Source: Paragordius varius (taxonomy: Eukaryota > Animalia > Nematomorpha). Taken from it: 64,000 nucleotides of DNA. Shown piece after piece: positions 37,101-48,881 of the stretch (position 1 is its first letter; each line of letters starts with the position of its first letter). The translations under genes were made by a program, and so were the position numbers. The stretch lies in contig OZ176051.1 of the NCBI GenBank assembly GCA_964247055.1, positions 10,726,001 through 10,790,000 on the forward strand. The letters are read 5' to 3'. The notes below the pieces were generated by a model that worked only from the letters and a program-made list of their open reading frames with translations, was not told the DNA's origin and searched no databases.

Positions 37101-40100
37101 ACATATCAAACATCATCACATATAAAAACAAAGTAAAATCAATTAAAAACGTATGTTTGACATTTATATATATACATGACTCTAAATCTCATTTCGAAAA
37201 AAAAGTAGGAAAAATTCCAAAAAAAACTTAATAAAAATTTATGATCATTACTTGTATCAGGAGTGTCAGGTTGATCATCATTAAAATCAAACTCATATTC
37301 ATCTTTAGGGCTGAAGGGTAAACCGCGTGAAAATCTATGATGTCTTGTGTGTCGGTGTACATGTTGTCTTTAAAATTAATATCATACAATAAATATATAA
37401 TAACAGTAAAAAAATAAATTATAAATGTTAAATAAACGTAAAATTTAAAAGACAATATTGCTCTATAGACAGCCATGTGCTTTTTTTAACCTTAATTTTT
37501 ACATAATTATTAATATTCAAATATCTGATTTTTAAATAGATTTGCAATCGATTTGTTTCTGATAGAGGTTATCTTTTTTTTCAAAAATTGCTTGTAGTTT
37601 ACATGTTATCTGTAAATTATTTAATAAATATATAATAAATAAAAAATTATACGGACAAAACGTGAAAATATAAAGACAATATTTTTTTAAAAAAGACAAC
37701 CATACTTTTTTAATCTTAATTTTTAAAATATAACTCATTGTTTTAGCCAATATAAAAATATGAATTAGAACACAATCAATTGTGTATTTTACGATTGTAA
37801 TTAATGTTTTTCATAGGATAAATTAAAGTTTAAAAAAGTATGGTTGTCTTTAATGTCTTTATATTTTTGCATTTTGTCCGTATGATTTCAATTTTTACTG
37901 TATATATATAATTTATCAATGACAAGGTTTAGTATATTCTAAAAAATTGATTTATGGTGCTAGTAAAATTATTCAAATAATTTACAGATTTATCTCAATT
38001 CTTACACATCGTCCACAAAAAACAAATTTCAATGGGCCCAAAAGAAAGATAAAATTAATGTTCCGATGTATATGTTGTTTAAATTCATATATAAAAAATT
38101 TTCATTAAAAAAACATTAATTTTCTTTCATATACGCTTATAAGTTATTTTTGCAAAAATTTATACTGAAAATTAAAAAAGAAGTATATGAAAAAAATTTA
38201 TTTTATAAAACTTTCTCATGTCCTCAGAAACTTTGGAGGATTGGTTGTCATGTAAGGCCGGATCTCGGGGTGCATCAAATATTAAAAATGCGTTATTGCT
38301 TTCATCTTGTTTATTATGTTTCCGTTTAATGAGAGATGTATAATTATCATTAGTTGACCCAAAATCAGATTTTATGGAGGAATCAACGTTTAATTCGTGT
38401 TCTTCCAAATTTTTAGCATCTATATAATATGTGGTTTAACATACAAATATGATATAAAAAATATATTTATAACATTTACAGTTCAAATTCACGCTCGAAC
38501 AATTCAAATTCACCCTTGAACAATTCAAATTCACCCTTGAACAATTTAAATTCACGCTTGAACAATTTAAATTCACCCTTGAACAATTCAAATTCACCCT
38601 TGAACAGTTCAAATTCACCCGAAAAATAAAATATGTATTTTTCGAACAAATACAACTCATTATAGGAAATACATCTTTATGGCATAGTTTATTATTTTTT
38701 CAGTATTATTTTGATTTAATACAAAATTTTTATTTTTTAAAAATATATAAAAATGTAGGTATTTTTGATCTTAAAAAGCATAAATTTTATTTGAGGGTGT
38801 ATTTGAATTGTTTAAGGGTGAATTTGAATTGTTTAAAAGTGAAATTGAATTGTAAATGGTATATTTAATTAAAAATATCGTATGTGTGAACGATTCCAAT
38901 TACGATGATTTTAAGAAAAAGCTTATAAGGATAACTGAACATTAGAAACAAAAATAAAGTCATAATTACATTTGAATAATACTATAAGCCTTAATTTTTC
39001 TATATAATTTATTTCCCTTGTAAATTAAATGGAGTTTTTTGCTTAATTACATATTTATTTATCATTTTAGCAAATCCAAAACAATAATCCATAATAAAGA
39101 TTCAAACAAATAGTTTTCTAACCTAAAAAGATATTAATTTCTGTTTTGTCATTATAATTTCTTTACTGTAAATCATACCCACATTATGTTGTGTTAGCGT
39201 AGCTGTGGATGGTGAATCATGAAAATTAATGGACCCTTTGGTAGAATCTATAGATGGACGCTCGGATTTCCCACGTTTTTCCTACAAAGAAAAAAATGAA
39301 CCATAAAATAGGACTTTAAGAGGACCTCTTTTCTTGCCTATAAAAAGATTTTTAAATTAAAATAGCGTCTATAACAGGGATGTCCAACACAAATGGCTTC
39401 ACAGTCCATATTTTGGGATCAAAAAATCCGACGGGCCGATTTTGCAAAACATATGTGGTCATTAACAAATATTTTTTTAAAATTATAAACATAAACTGTA
39501 AGTCTAAATTTGTTTTAACAATTTTCGCTAGAGTTCGGAAAAGATTTATTGAGAAAATTTGCTTAAGAAAATAAATTTTTTAAATTTTGTAAATTGTATT
39601 CGAAATTTCTCTGAGGTTGCAAATTTATTTTAGAGAGGCGCGTGTTGGACACCCCTGGTCGTCGATAAACTAATTAGAACATGATCACCATATACGTTTT
39701 CATCTTTTATACAAGGCCCTAATTTATAAGTTATAATCGTGTAGTTAAACATACCTGTATTTAAACTCACTAGTTGGGGGATATTGATAACATTAAAGAC
39801 AACAATTTTTTCTGTTACTCGAGTTTTTTGCATTTCTAATATTTACTATTTTTACCTGTAAATCGGATTAAAAATATTATTTTAATAGAGGAATGTTTAC
39901 TACGTTTTTTCCCAAATGCAAGAAAAACTTTATATTTTCCAATTTGTTTTCCATATTCGGATTTAAAAAAAGGTAAAGCCTATTTGTGAATGATTTTTTA
40001 TATGTCAATTGTAAAAGAGAGAGTTTAAACCTCATTCATGGTCCCATAAGCCACGACAGATTTTGAACGTAATTGACCACCAGCCTGTTGTTTCTGTTGG

Positions 40101-43100
40101 GGTTTTGTCCGATTACCCTCTTTGCGATACAGAATAAGGATGGCTAATGCAACGCGATACAAAACTTTAAGTCCTTGAACCAAGTAACAATCCATAACTT
40201 TCACCAAGTATTCAAATGGTAAATCCCGGTATATCCATTGCATCCAATGGGCAAACACTCCCTCCAAAATCTCCTGGAATTCTTGACTATCGCGATTAAT
40301 TTTTGTAGGAGGGCGAGGATTTATGCTTTGGTTAAATAAGAAATAAAATATGTTAACAAAAGGTAAAAAATAGTGCAATACAATTCTCTATTAATTATCC
40401 AACTTAAGATACTTATATATTTTATTAAATTAATTTATATTAAGTATCATAATAATTATGTCAATGTACTATAAACATATCTTTTAAAAATAATTCAATT
40501 TTAATTCATAGTAATATAAAAATGTAATATATAGAGGCTAGAAGTTTGAAAACAGTTGTATATTTTTAGAAAATATAAAGATACAAGCCAAAAGCTATAT
40601 CAATTTCATTTGATTAAATACCATATAAATCATGATTTGGAATTTACTTAACAAAAAACTAATTTTATGGATAAAAATTAGAGCTTTTCATATTATTATT
40701 ATAACTATAAAAAGAACCCACAGGGTTCGAATTTAATCGATGCATGTTCAAATCTTTAAAATACAAATATTTCCGATATAAGGCTCACAATATACCAATC
40801 AATTAATTAATTTATATCAACTCAAAGATTATTTTGAATGAAATAATACTTGGTATCTTGGCCTGCTGTTGCAGAGGTCTGGGTATCAAACGATTTCTTA
40901 GCAACACTTAATATCGGTGCAATTATTAACTTTTTATCGTTGCTCTTTTCATTATTATTAGCATTAGAAGTGGTATTTTCTAAAGCTTTAACTATCCGGT
41001 CAGCTATGTAATCATAGGTTGAAGAGGCATGTTTTTTACACAAATCCAATAAGACCAGGCCAGAAGCCACAAAAGCCGTCCTACTTTGTATAATGAAAGA
41101 TTCCTTCAATCGTGGACACAACAAATGTTGCAAGCAACTATAAGTCTCCGTTTCCGACAAGTAATGAAGGAATAGGGCCGCAGTCGCATAAATTTGTGGG
41201 GCATAAGTTATGTCAGGGTGTAAATACTCTATGACGGTGACTAAGCGTTTAACACCCATCTAGTTGATAATATATTTTATATATATATATACCATTTACA
41301 ATTCAAATTCACCCTAAAAATAAATTATGTGTTTTCAAGCTAATATAACTCATCATTAATATCAAAAATATTTTTACGACATAGTTTATTATTTTTTCAG
41401 CATTATATAAATTTTAAACAGAACTTCATATTATTTTTAAAATATTAAAAAATAAAATATGAATCATTAATGCAATCATACCACAAACAAACAGTTATAC
41501 CGCAAATCATTCCATTGCATATATAGAGAGGAAGATAGGTGATATTGGTTTAAATCAGGGGTGGCCACACTTTTTTTGTCGCGAGCGTTTTTGTTGGCTT
41601 TTTTGTTAAAAAAAGAGTTCGCGGTCACCCAGAAATATTTATCAAAAAAACCTAATCAACACTTTAAATGATGTATATACCTGCCTTACAGATTAGAGTG
41701 ACTTGTTTAAGCCATTTTATAATTGTAATTTTTTTACCTATCAACCAAATACAAAAATAATTTTAATTAAAAGACAACGGGTTATTAACTACCTTAATTT
41801 TTTAACCAACATAAAACACTTCAAAATATTTATTTATTAAATTTCTATTATATGAAATTTTACAATATAAAAATTTAAACAATGCATTTGAAATTACAGG
41901 GGAGAATACATTATGATACAAAAAATAAAAGAAATAAAAAATAGCATTCCAATTTAGAACCATAATTTGAACATAAATAAGAACACATTAAAATTGTATC
42001 AGTTTTAATTCTATCCACATATTTTTTAGTAAATCGGCTTTTTCCTAAGCGAAAATACAACTCGATAAACATCCATATTTAATAAAAAAAAAATATTTAA
42101 AACGCCCGACTGCGAAAAAATTCAGAAAGTTTATCTAAATTAGGTTCAAATGAAGTCAAAGCAATTCTCAAACATGATTCTAAATGTTTATTAGTTAATT
42201 GTGACCTATGTTTAGTTTTGATAGCATTCATAATTGAAAAAGCCGATTCACATAAATATGTGGATCCAAAAAAAGAATTGAATAATGCAGCGGTTTTCCA
42301 AATATGAGGGTATTTATCTTTATTTATAAATTTATATATATCTGATCCTAATGATTTTAGATGGATATCGCATTTAACATTTATTAATTCCTCTTCCAAC
42401 TCTGCAAAATTTGGTACACCAAGAAAGTGGCTGAGTTTTTGAGCAATATATTCAACATTATTATTATTATTAAATGGGCATGATAAAAAAATAGCGATGT
42501 CTTCAAGTTTATTTATAGATGAAAATCGTTTTTCAAAATCATTAATAAGCAGACCAATATCATCTGCATATTTTTCAAAAGAGAGATTCTCTATTTTTTC
42601 AGACACCGCTGCCAGATTAAAAAAATGTTTTAAATCTCGGTTTTTTAATTGTGTTTCTACTACTGTTAGTGTTTCCTTAAAAGATTTTAAAGCACCCATC
42701 ATATCCATTGTTTTATCTTTTCCTTTTAATTGGATGTTTAATTTATGCAATTTTTCCGTGATATCGCATAAAAATGCAAGATCAAGCAGCCAATCTTGAT
42801 CTTTCAATTCAGGGTATGAAAATTTAGAATTCTCTAAAAAAAATTCTATTTGTGGTAAAAGTTGCCTAAATCTAATTAAAAATGCGGCACGACTCAACCA
42901 CCTTACATCAGTATGTAATAAAAGTTCTCCATATTCCACGCCGCACTCATTTAACAAAATTCGAAATTGGCGGCGGGACAAGCTTTTTGTTCGAATGGCG
43001 TTAACAATTTTAAAACAGGGGTTCATTACATGATGGTATTTGAAACTTTTGAACATAAAACTTGATTATGGATTATACAATGGTAATCAATGAACTTGGG

Positions 43101-46070
43101 AAATGCACTGTGATTTTTACATAAAGCGATAAAGCCGTTGTTAACGCCAATCATAGCTGGAGCTCCATCAGTAGTTATAGATGCGAGTTTTACGATGGGA
43201 AGTTTCGTATCTGTGATAAATTTATAAAAAGAATCAAAAATATCCTGTCCTCTGGTTCGTTCGTGGAGAGGTATTATAGTTAATAATTCCTCCTTTGCAG
43301 ATAAATCACTAAATATCATACGAATAAAAATGCATAATTGGGCGATTCCAACATAATCGGTGGACTCATCGAGTTGCAAGGAAAAAAAATACAGTTATTA
43401 ATATTTTCATGTAAAATTTCATCAAGATTATTACTAATATCTTCAGCCCTGCGCATAACGGTATTTCTCGATAAGCTTATGCTTTTAATAGCTGTCATAA
43501 TATTATTTTTGTTATCAAAATAATAAAATATCACAAGCGCTAATAAAGGCTTCTTTAAATATTTCACCATCTTGGAATGGCTTATTGTTCCGAATGAGTA
43601 TTTCCGCTACCTTGAATGAAGCAATCGTAGCATTTTTATAGTCTTTGTTGTATTTAAGTATGCTATTTTGTGAGGCGGATAATTGTTCTTTTAATTCCTT
43701 TACTTAAATGTTGCGTTCTTGAGTTTGTAAGGGGTAGTTTTTGGAGTAATGTGGATGCAGAGATCTATAATGTCTTTCAATATTTGACTTTTTGGGCAAA
43801 GCAACAGTACTATTGCATATTAGACAGGTGCATGTTTCATTTATCATAATAAAAAAAAAGTATTCATGCTCCCAATCTTTCTTGTATCTGTACAACTTTT
43901 TTTGGCTCATTCTAAAATATAAGTTTTAAAAACCTACTTTTGGTGTATCAAATCAAATCTAACTTCACGATTATGCTTCTGATTTATGAATAAGCTTTGC
44001 TCAAAGTTTTGATATATTCAAGGGAAATGACTGATTTTAAGTTATAATGCAAATGCTCCAAAACATATGAATTATAATTAATAAAATAATTTTTTTACAC
44101 CCTTTTCTTAGACGTTTTTTTTAATTTAAACCGTATTTTTTTGTATTTTAAATTTAAATTCGCTCAGAAGTAGCCAACTATCCGAAAAAAATCAATAAAA
44201 ATTTTTTAAAAAAAATCAATAAAAATCAATAAAAATTTTTTAAAAAAAATATTTTCAGGCGGTCACTTTTTGAGTTGTCGCGGTCACGAAAGTGACCGCG
44301 GTCACCTCGTTGGCCACCCCTGGTTTAAATGGAATTATTATTTAATTTAAGACAATCGAAACATAATGATCCCATATATTGAATAATATTAATTAATTTA
44401 TATTTTTAATTATCATGTGATTAAATAAATTTAAAATTAAATAGTTACTTCTTAAAGACCCACGAATCAAAGATACAAGTTTTTACAACCTATTGATAAT
44501 ATTAAACTTTTAAATGTAAATTTATACATAACCTTAGTAATCATATATTTTGGGTTAGGTTTATATTTATGTAAAAATTAAATAATTTAACTCCGTTTGA
44601 TGGCTTTCTCTTTTTTTTCAATGTCGGTTAATATAATGTTGGTAGTTCTAGTATGTCATAAATATTTATATTTATTTTTATTGACAAATTAAATTAACTC
44701 GCCATAACCAAAAAGTATGCGAAGAAAAGGTTTAATATTGACAAACAATAAAGCAATGGATATATACGATTCGCCTTCAGGGGATTACAAAAAAGGTAAT
44801 TAACTTTACAAAAGTATTGATAAAACTACAAAAACGAAACAGATATTAGTTGCAAATATAATTGATCTCCTTTAATACAAACAATGTATCTGTAACCTTT
44901 TGTAAAATAAAATTAGTTTGTTAAAAAAAAGCAAATTAAAAATCCAAGATACAATTTTAGGTGATATATGTGTATATATATATAAAGGAAAAAGAGATTT
45001 TATTCTTAGATATTAGAAAGTAAAAGTTTTACCTTGCCTTTCTCATTCAAATGATAATGTTTTATAAACTTTGAATCAATGAATACGGGTAAAGCCATTT
45101 CCTCGTTTTCAGTCATTTCTGTTTTATCGTCTGCCTCATCCATCAGGTGAGGATAGTAGTCGTACAAAACGGATTCATAAGTTTGAGCCGAACTGGATTC
45201 AATCAAGCTACTTTTATGTTTTGGGCTAGTGTTTGTACCAATTTTGGAACAAAGTTTAACCCAAATTTCACTTCGAACCGGTTGGTCAACGGACCATGCA
45301 TTATTCCGTACGTAAGATTTAATTAATTCACCATCACCAGATAACATCAAGGCATCGAAATCACGCAAAATTCTTTGGGAAGGAGATTCGCTATTATCAT
45401 CAAATCCAGAAGAAAGAGTACTTGGCAAAATACTTGGACTTGGAGAACTTTTAGTGGGTGATGTCGATTTTGGGTTTTTGGTGGGAGATTTAAAGCCAAA
45501 TGTTTGTGCAAGATTAGAAGATAAAGATCGGGTAAAACTTGAAGAACCAATACTGGAAGTGGAAATTTTTTTACTTTTAGGTGTATTTGATGTAACACTT
45601 GACACACTGGGACGCCGAGAATTTTCATCATTTGTGTCATCAATGGATAAGCTATTTATTGAAATTTTGTACGGAGTGCTTGTATTAGATAAAAGGTTAT
45701 CATCGGAAGAATCATAATCAAAATATGTTTCACCTTTAACCGATGATAATAAATCTCTAATATTTACCATGGGTGTAAAAGATTTGCGACGAATATAATT
45801 TTCCATCTTAATTTCTGGTTTTTTAAGAGATGCTTTGCCCTGACTAATTTGAGAATTATCCTTATTGGCCTTATAAAAGTTGAAGTTGAATGAAGGGGGA
45901 GAAACTTTAACACTTCTTTTTTTGTTTGAAGATTCAGATTGAACTTTGGGCGATAAATTCTTCATGTCTTCTCCCCCAACACTTTCGGGCAAGGTGTTTG
46001 ATATTGACTTTTTTACTTCTTTTCTTTTAGGAAACTTTGGAGAATTTGGGAACCAACTTGCGGGATTCAT
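28803..46070 (-). CDS. TBC1D24: TBC1D24/Skywalker (TBC + TLDc), 13 exons, ~1212 aa
   Basis: Exons 46070-45033, 41259-40850, 40325-40031, 39281-39179, 38419-38212, 37367-37252, 34054-33822, 32839-32581, 32465-32287, 31962-31789, 30657-30463, 29922-29672, 28980-28803 (3639 nt, frame-consistent). TBC motifs: IKSYVRNNAW, HPDITYAPQIY, HWMQWIYRDLPFEYLVKVMDCYLVQGLKVLYRVALAIL. TLDc motifs: IWSWIPTRY, DGISLRTFF, EPTLLIIKTT, FGAYLSCDW, FFGTGEMFVF, CETFNSPPL, LLEVFAF. The middle exons 4-8 are supported only by splice phase and open frame. Confidence 0.9.
33513..33790. mobile_element. MITE, CCATTTAC-TIR family (TBC1D24 intron 7)
   Basis: TA|ACATTTACAATTCAAATTC ... GAATTTGAACTGTAAATGG|TA. Confidence 0.75.
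34917..35098. mobile_element. Tc1/mariner-type MITE, 182 bp, ~64-bp TIRs, TA TSD
   Basis: TA|CAGTGGCGTATGCAGTAAAAGATTGTTAGTGCAAAGTAATCTTAATGAAC ... TTTTACTGCATACGCCACTG|TA. Confidence 0.92.
35388..35549. mobile_element. Second copy of the CAGTGGCGTATG MITE, 162 bp, opposite orientation
   Basis: TA|CAGTGGCGTATGCAG ... CTGCATACGCTACTG|TA; its internal part is the reverse complement of the 34917 copy. Confidence 0.9.
35620..36046 (-). pseudogene. Inverted 3' half of the IS630/Tc1-like transposase pseudogene
   Basis: Reverse-complement match to 36383-36820, including the DNAPIH and PYSPQL coding regions. Confidence 0.8.
36050..36820 (+). pseudogene. Decayed IS630/Tc1-like DDE transposase
   Basis: Across stops and frameshifts it reads ...KVCRTTIYKILSDLQITRKR..., IDES, KNVSLICMIGCQGVINYKPKEGAFKGDDF, IIVCDNAPIHKS, IVYLPPYSPQLNLIECFF: the DDE_3-type D-E-S, DNAPIH and LPPYSP motifs. 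Confidence 0.85.
38472..38859. mobile_element. MITE, CCATTTAC-TIR family, with expanded 21-bp subrepeats
   Basis: About 7 tandem AAATTCAC(C/G)CT(T/C)GAACAATT(C/T) units at 38484-38620; right end GAATTGTAAATGG|TATA. Confidence 0.8.
39375..39657. mobile_element. hAT MITE (TBC1D24 intron 3)
   Basis: TIRs CAGGGATGTCCAACAC and GTGTTGGACACCCCTG (15 of 16 matching); TSD degenerate. Confidence 0.8.
41292..41460. mobile_element. Truncated MITE, CCATTTAC-TIR family
   Basis: TATA|CCATTTACAATTCAAATTCACCCTAAAAATAAATTATGTG... with the family core; no right TIR. Confidence 0.65.
41556..44322 (-). mobile_element. Full-length hAT transposon (Buster/SPIN/GTF2IRD2-like) with a disrupted transposase, in TBC1D24 intron 1
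   Basis: 12-bp TIR CAGGGGTGGCCA at both ends, perfect 8-bp TSD GTTTAAAT (41548-41555 and 44323-44330) and GCGGTCAC subterminal repeats. The transposase spans 43910-42097: CLIC..NIERHY zinc finger, LSRNTV, QLDESTD, SITTDGAPAM, HCIIH, VRWLS, FGSTYLCESAFS. It carries one nonsense codon and three frameshifts. Confidence 0.97.
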
Positions 46071-46917
46071 TTTAATTTAAAATGAAAAATGTGTCCTGAG
46101 GCTTTTTAAATTTAACCATCTGATTTTAAGTATTTGTGGCTTCAACATGTTTTATTTATATATAAGAGAACACCAAAAAAAATTTATTTAATAATATAAG
46201 AAGAATTTATATTGATTATGCAAAAAAGATTGAGTTAATCAATTTTAAGAAATGAGATATATCCATAATACTTAGCATTAGTCAAGTTACTTTTTTGACT
46301 TAGTGTATGGAATATGTAAAACGCATATGTTTTATAGTGCATCAATTTTTCTAGATTAATCTGATGAAATATATTTGCAATTTAATCACCTTTTAGGCAA
46401 CTTGAATCTCATATATAAAAAAAGGTATATAAATTACACAAGAGGCTAGTCTATTTTATATACAATATCACGGCGCAAAATTAATAAAACAAATGTGCTC
46501 ATAAAATGATCGCACATGATTTGGTGAGTGATTTTTTTATTACTTTAGTGGAAAATAATTATTTCCAAAAAATGATTTACGCCTATTATACTAATTATAT
46601 TTTTTAGAGACGCCAAATGCTTCCTTAAAGGAAGAAATATAAAAAAATATAATTGTTAGACTCTCAAATTTTTGTCGAACGAAATGGTTAGTAGTTTTTA
46701 AATATGTAGGCAAAGCCAAGAAGAATTATTATTAGGTGTTAAAGGCTGGCATCAAAAAAATCAATTTATAACACTAATATTCAAATTGGGGTATCTAAAT
46801 ACCCACACTATATTAATATATTAATAATACTGAAAGGAACGGGCGCATTTTAAATATATCCTTCTATCCTAGCCAAAATATTTGAACAAAATTTTTTTTA
46901 AAAAAGTTTTATATTAA

Positions 46918-47468
46918 CACTTCGATTCAAATTGGGGTATCTAAATACCCCAGACTAAATTTAAGTAAGGTTTTTTGAAAACTACTGAAGGAAACGGCCC
47001 CAAATTAAATTTATGCTTCTATCCTGATAAAAAATTATATAAATAAGCCAATGTATCTAAATATAATTTCGTTTTGATAAAAAAATTCCATGTCTGAATA
47101 CTTAGAGGCCATTTTTATTTTACAAATTTTTGCAAAATCTCGTGTTTATTTAATTTTAAAGGTCAAATTAAAGCTAATTTTTTTTTAAATTACATCTACA
47201 TTGATAGAAATAGAAAAAGCAGTTTATTTTGTATTATTTTTAAATTTAGTTAATGCACATATGTTGCATTGACTAAATTTTAACCTATCGGTTTTAGCTT
47301 AAAATAAGTATTATCAAGTTATTTTGAATAAAATTTTTTATATATTCGGTTTATTAATGTTTTATAAGAGCAAAATTTTGCCATGGTTTCAATTCCTTCC
47401 ATATTTTTATAAGAATTTAATTTAAAACAGACCTGGGGTATTTAACTACCCCAATTTAAATCGAAGGA
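46918..47468. mobile_element. TTAA-flanked TIR element, same family as 3941-4457
   Basis: TTAA|CACTTCGATTCAAATTGGGGTATCTAAATACCCC ... TACCCCAATTTAAATCGAAGGA|CTAA; an additional TIR-like copy lies near 46780. Confidence 0.55.
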
Positions 47469-48179
47469 CTAAAATGAATGTGTTGTATACAAGTGTTAAA
47501 ATACATCGGCGCCATTTTTTACAGCATTTTTCAAAATATCGTGTAATTTCAAAGTTAACATATTAAAATCATATTTAAGATAGATAGAACAGAAAAGTGC
47601 TTTTTTATTATTTTCAATTTGAAATGCACACATGTCATGTGACTAAATTTTTATTTTTGGGGTTTTTCTTAAAATAAGTAACAAAAACATTACTTAAAAA
47701 AATTTAATTTTTAGATGAGGACCCCAAAAGTCGCAAATTTTTTTACTCTCCTAAAATGGGCTATTTTTCTTAAAACAAAAATGCTGATAAGGTCAAATTT
47801 ATAGTTTTTGATATAAAAAATATTTTTTTTCAAAAATTTAATTTTTAGTAAATTTAACTGAAACATACTTCAAACTATATTGACATGATGCAAACGGTAT
47901 AAAACTGTAAGACATTATATAAACAGTTTTCTATATAATGATATTGTAAATATATATCAACTCTCAATCTCGATTAATTATTTCATCTTCAAAATTAAGT
48001 TAAATATAAATTGTAATTTTAATAAAATACAGCAAAACCAACCATCACAATATAAACAATATTCAAAAAATTGAGAAATTATTTAATGATGTTTATAGAT
48101 TCTCCCACATTGTCTGCTAACGATTTTATTTCAAACCTACATAGGACAAAATAATACTTTTCACCAATTCATAATTTGG

Positions 48180-48700
48180 CGGAAATGAAGTTGAAATATT
48201 ATACAAATATCTACGCAAATCAAAGTACAAAAAAGCCCAACTCAGAGCTGATAGTTTGCATCCATCGAAAATAAACCCATTGATGGCTAAAACATTAATG
48301 CTGAATGATTTTACAAACTCCATTGCAAATCAAATAACAAATAAGGCTGACAACCATTTCCATCCATCGGAGTTAAACCCAGTGATCGCTAAAACATTAA
48401 GGCGGGGATTTCTTAAATCTCATTGCAAATCATATAATAAGAGATGCCAACAAGGCTGACAGTCCATCGAAAATAAACCCAGTGATTGCCAAAACATTAA
48501 GGCTGAGGGATTTTACAAATATCATTGCAAATCAAATAATAAAAGAGGTCAACAAGGCTGATAGTCATTTGCAACAATCGGTGTGGAACCCAGTGATAAA
48601 ACCATTGAAGTTGAAAGTTTATACAAATATTATAAGAAACATATGTAAAGATGCTATAAATATGGATAATTCTCATAATCAAACACAAGAAAGTTTTTAA
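48180..48700 (+). pseudogene. Decayed coding tandem repeat (~111 bp, ~37 aa unit, about 5 copies), product unknown
   Basis: Units such as KADNHFHPSELNPVIAKTLR / LNDFTNSIANQI recur in ORFs 48256..48459 and 48482..48700, with frameshifts between them. Confidence 0.5.
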
Positions 48701-48881
48701 AGTTTGAATTTATCTAAATTCATGAATACTTCCGATGATAATAATAAAAGAACACCCCAATAATGCATCAAAATCAAGAAAGAAAGTAAGATGAATAGAT
48801 GAAATAAAACCAAATAAAAGGAAATTAGTAAGATGAATGCTCCTTCATCCCATTCACAACTTTACATTTTTCCAAGCAAAA

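Noticed and set aside
38484-38620. Regular short repeats resembling a CRISPR array
   Set aside because: Head-to-tail tandem units without unique spacers, in a eukaryotic intron, with no cas genes.
38436-38660. ORF with (SRVNLNC)n repeats
   Set aside because: Translation of the 21-bp MITE subrepeat.
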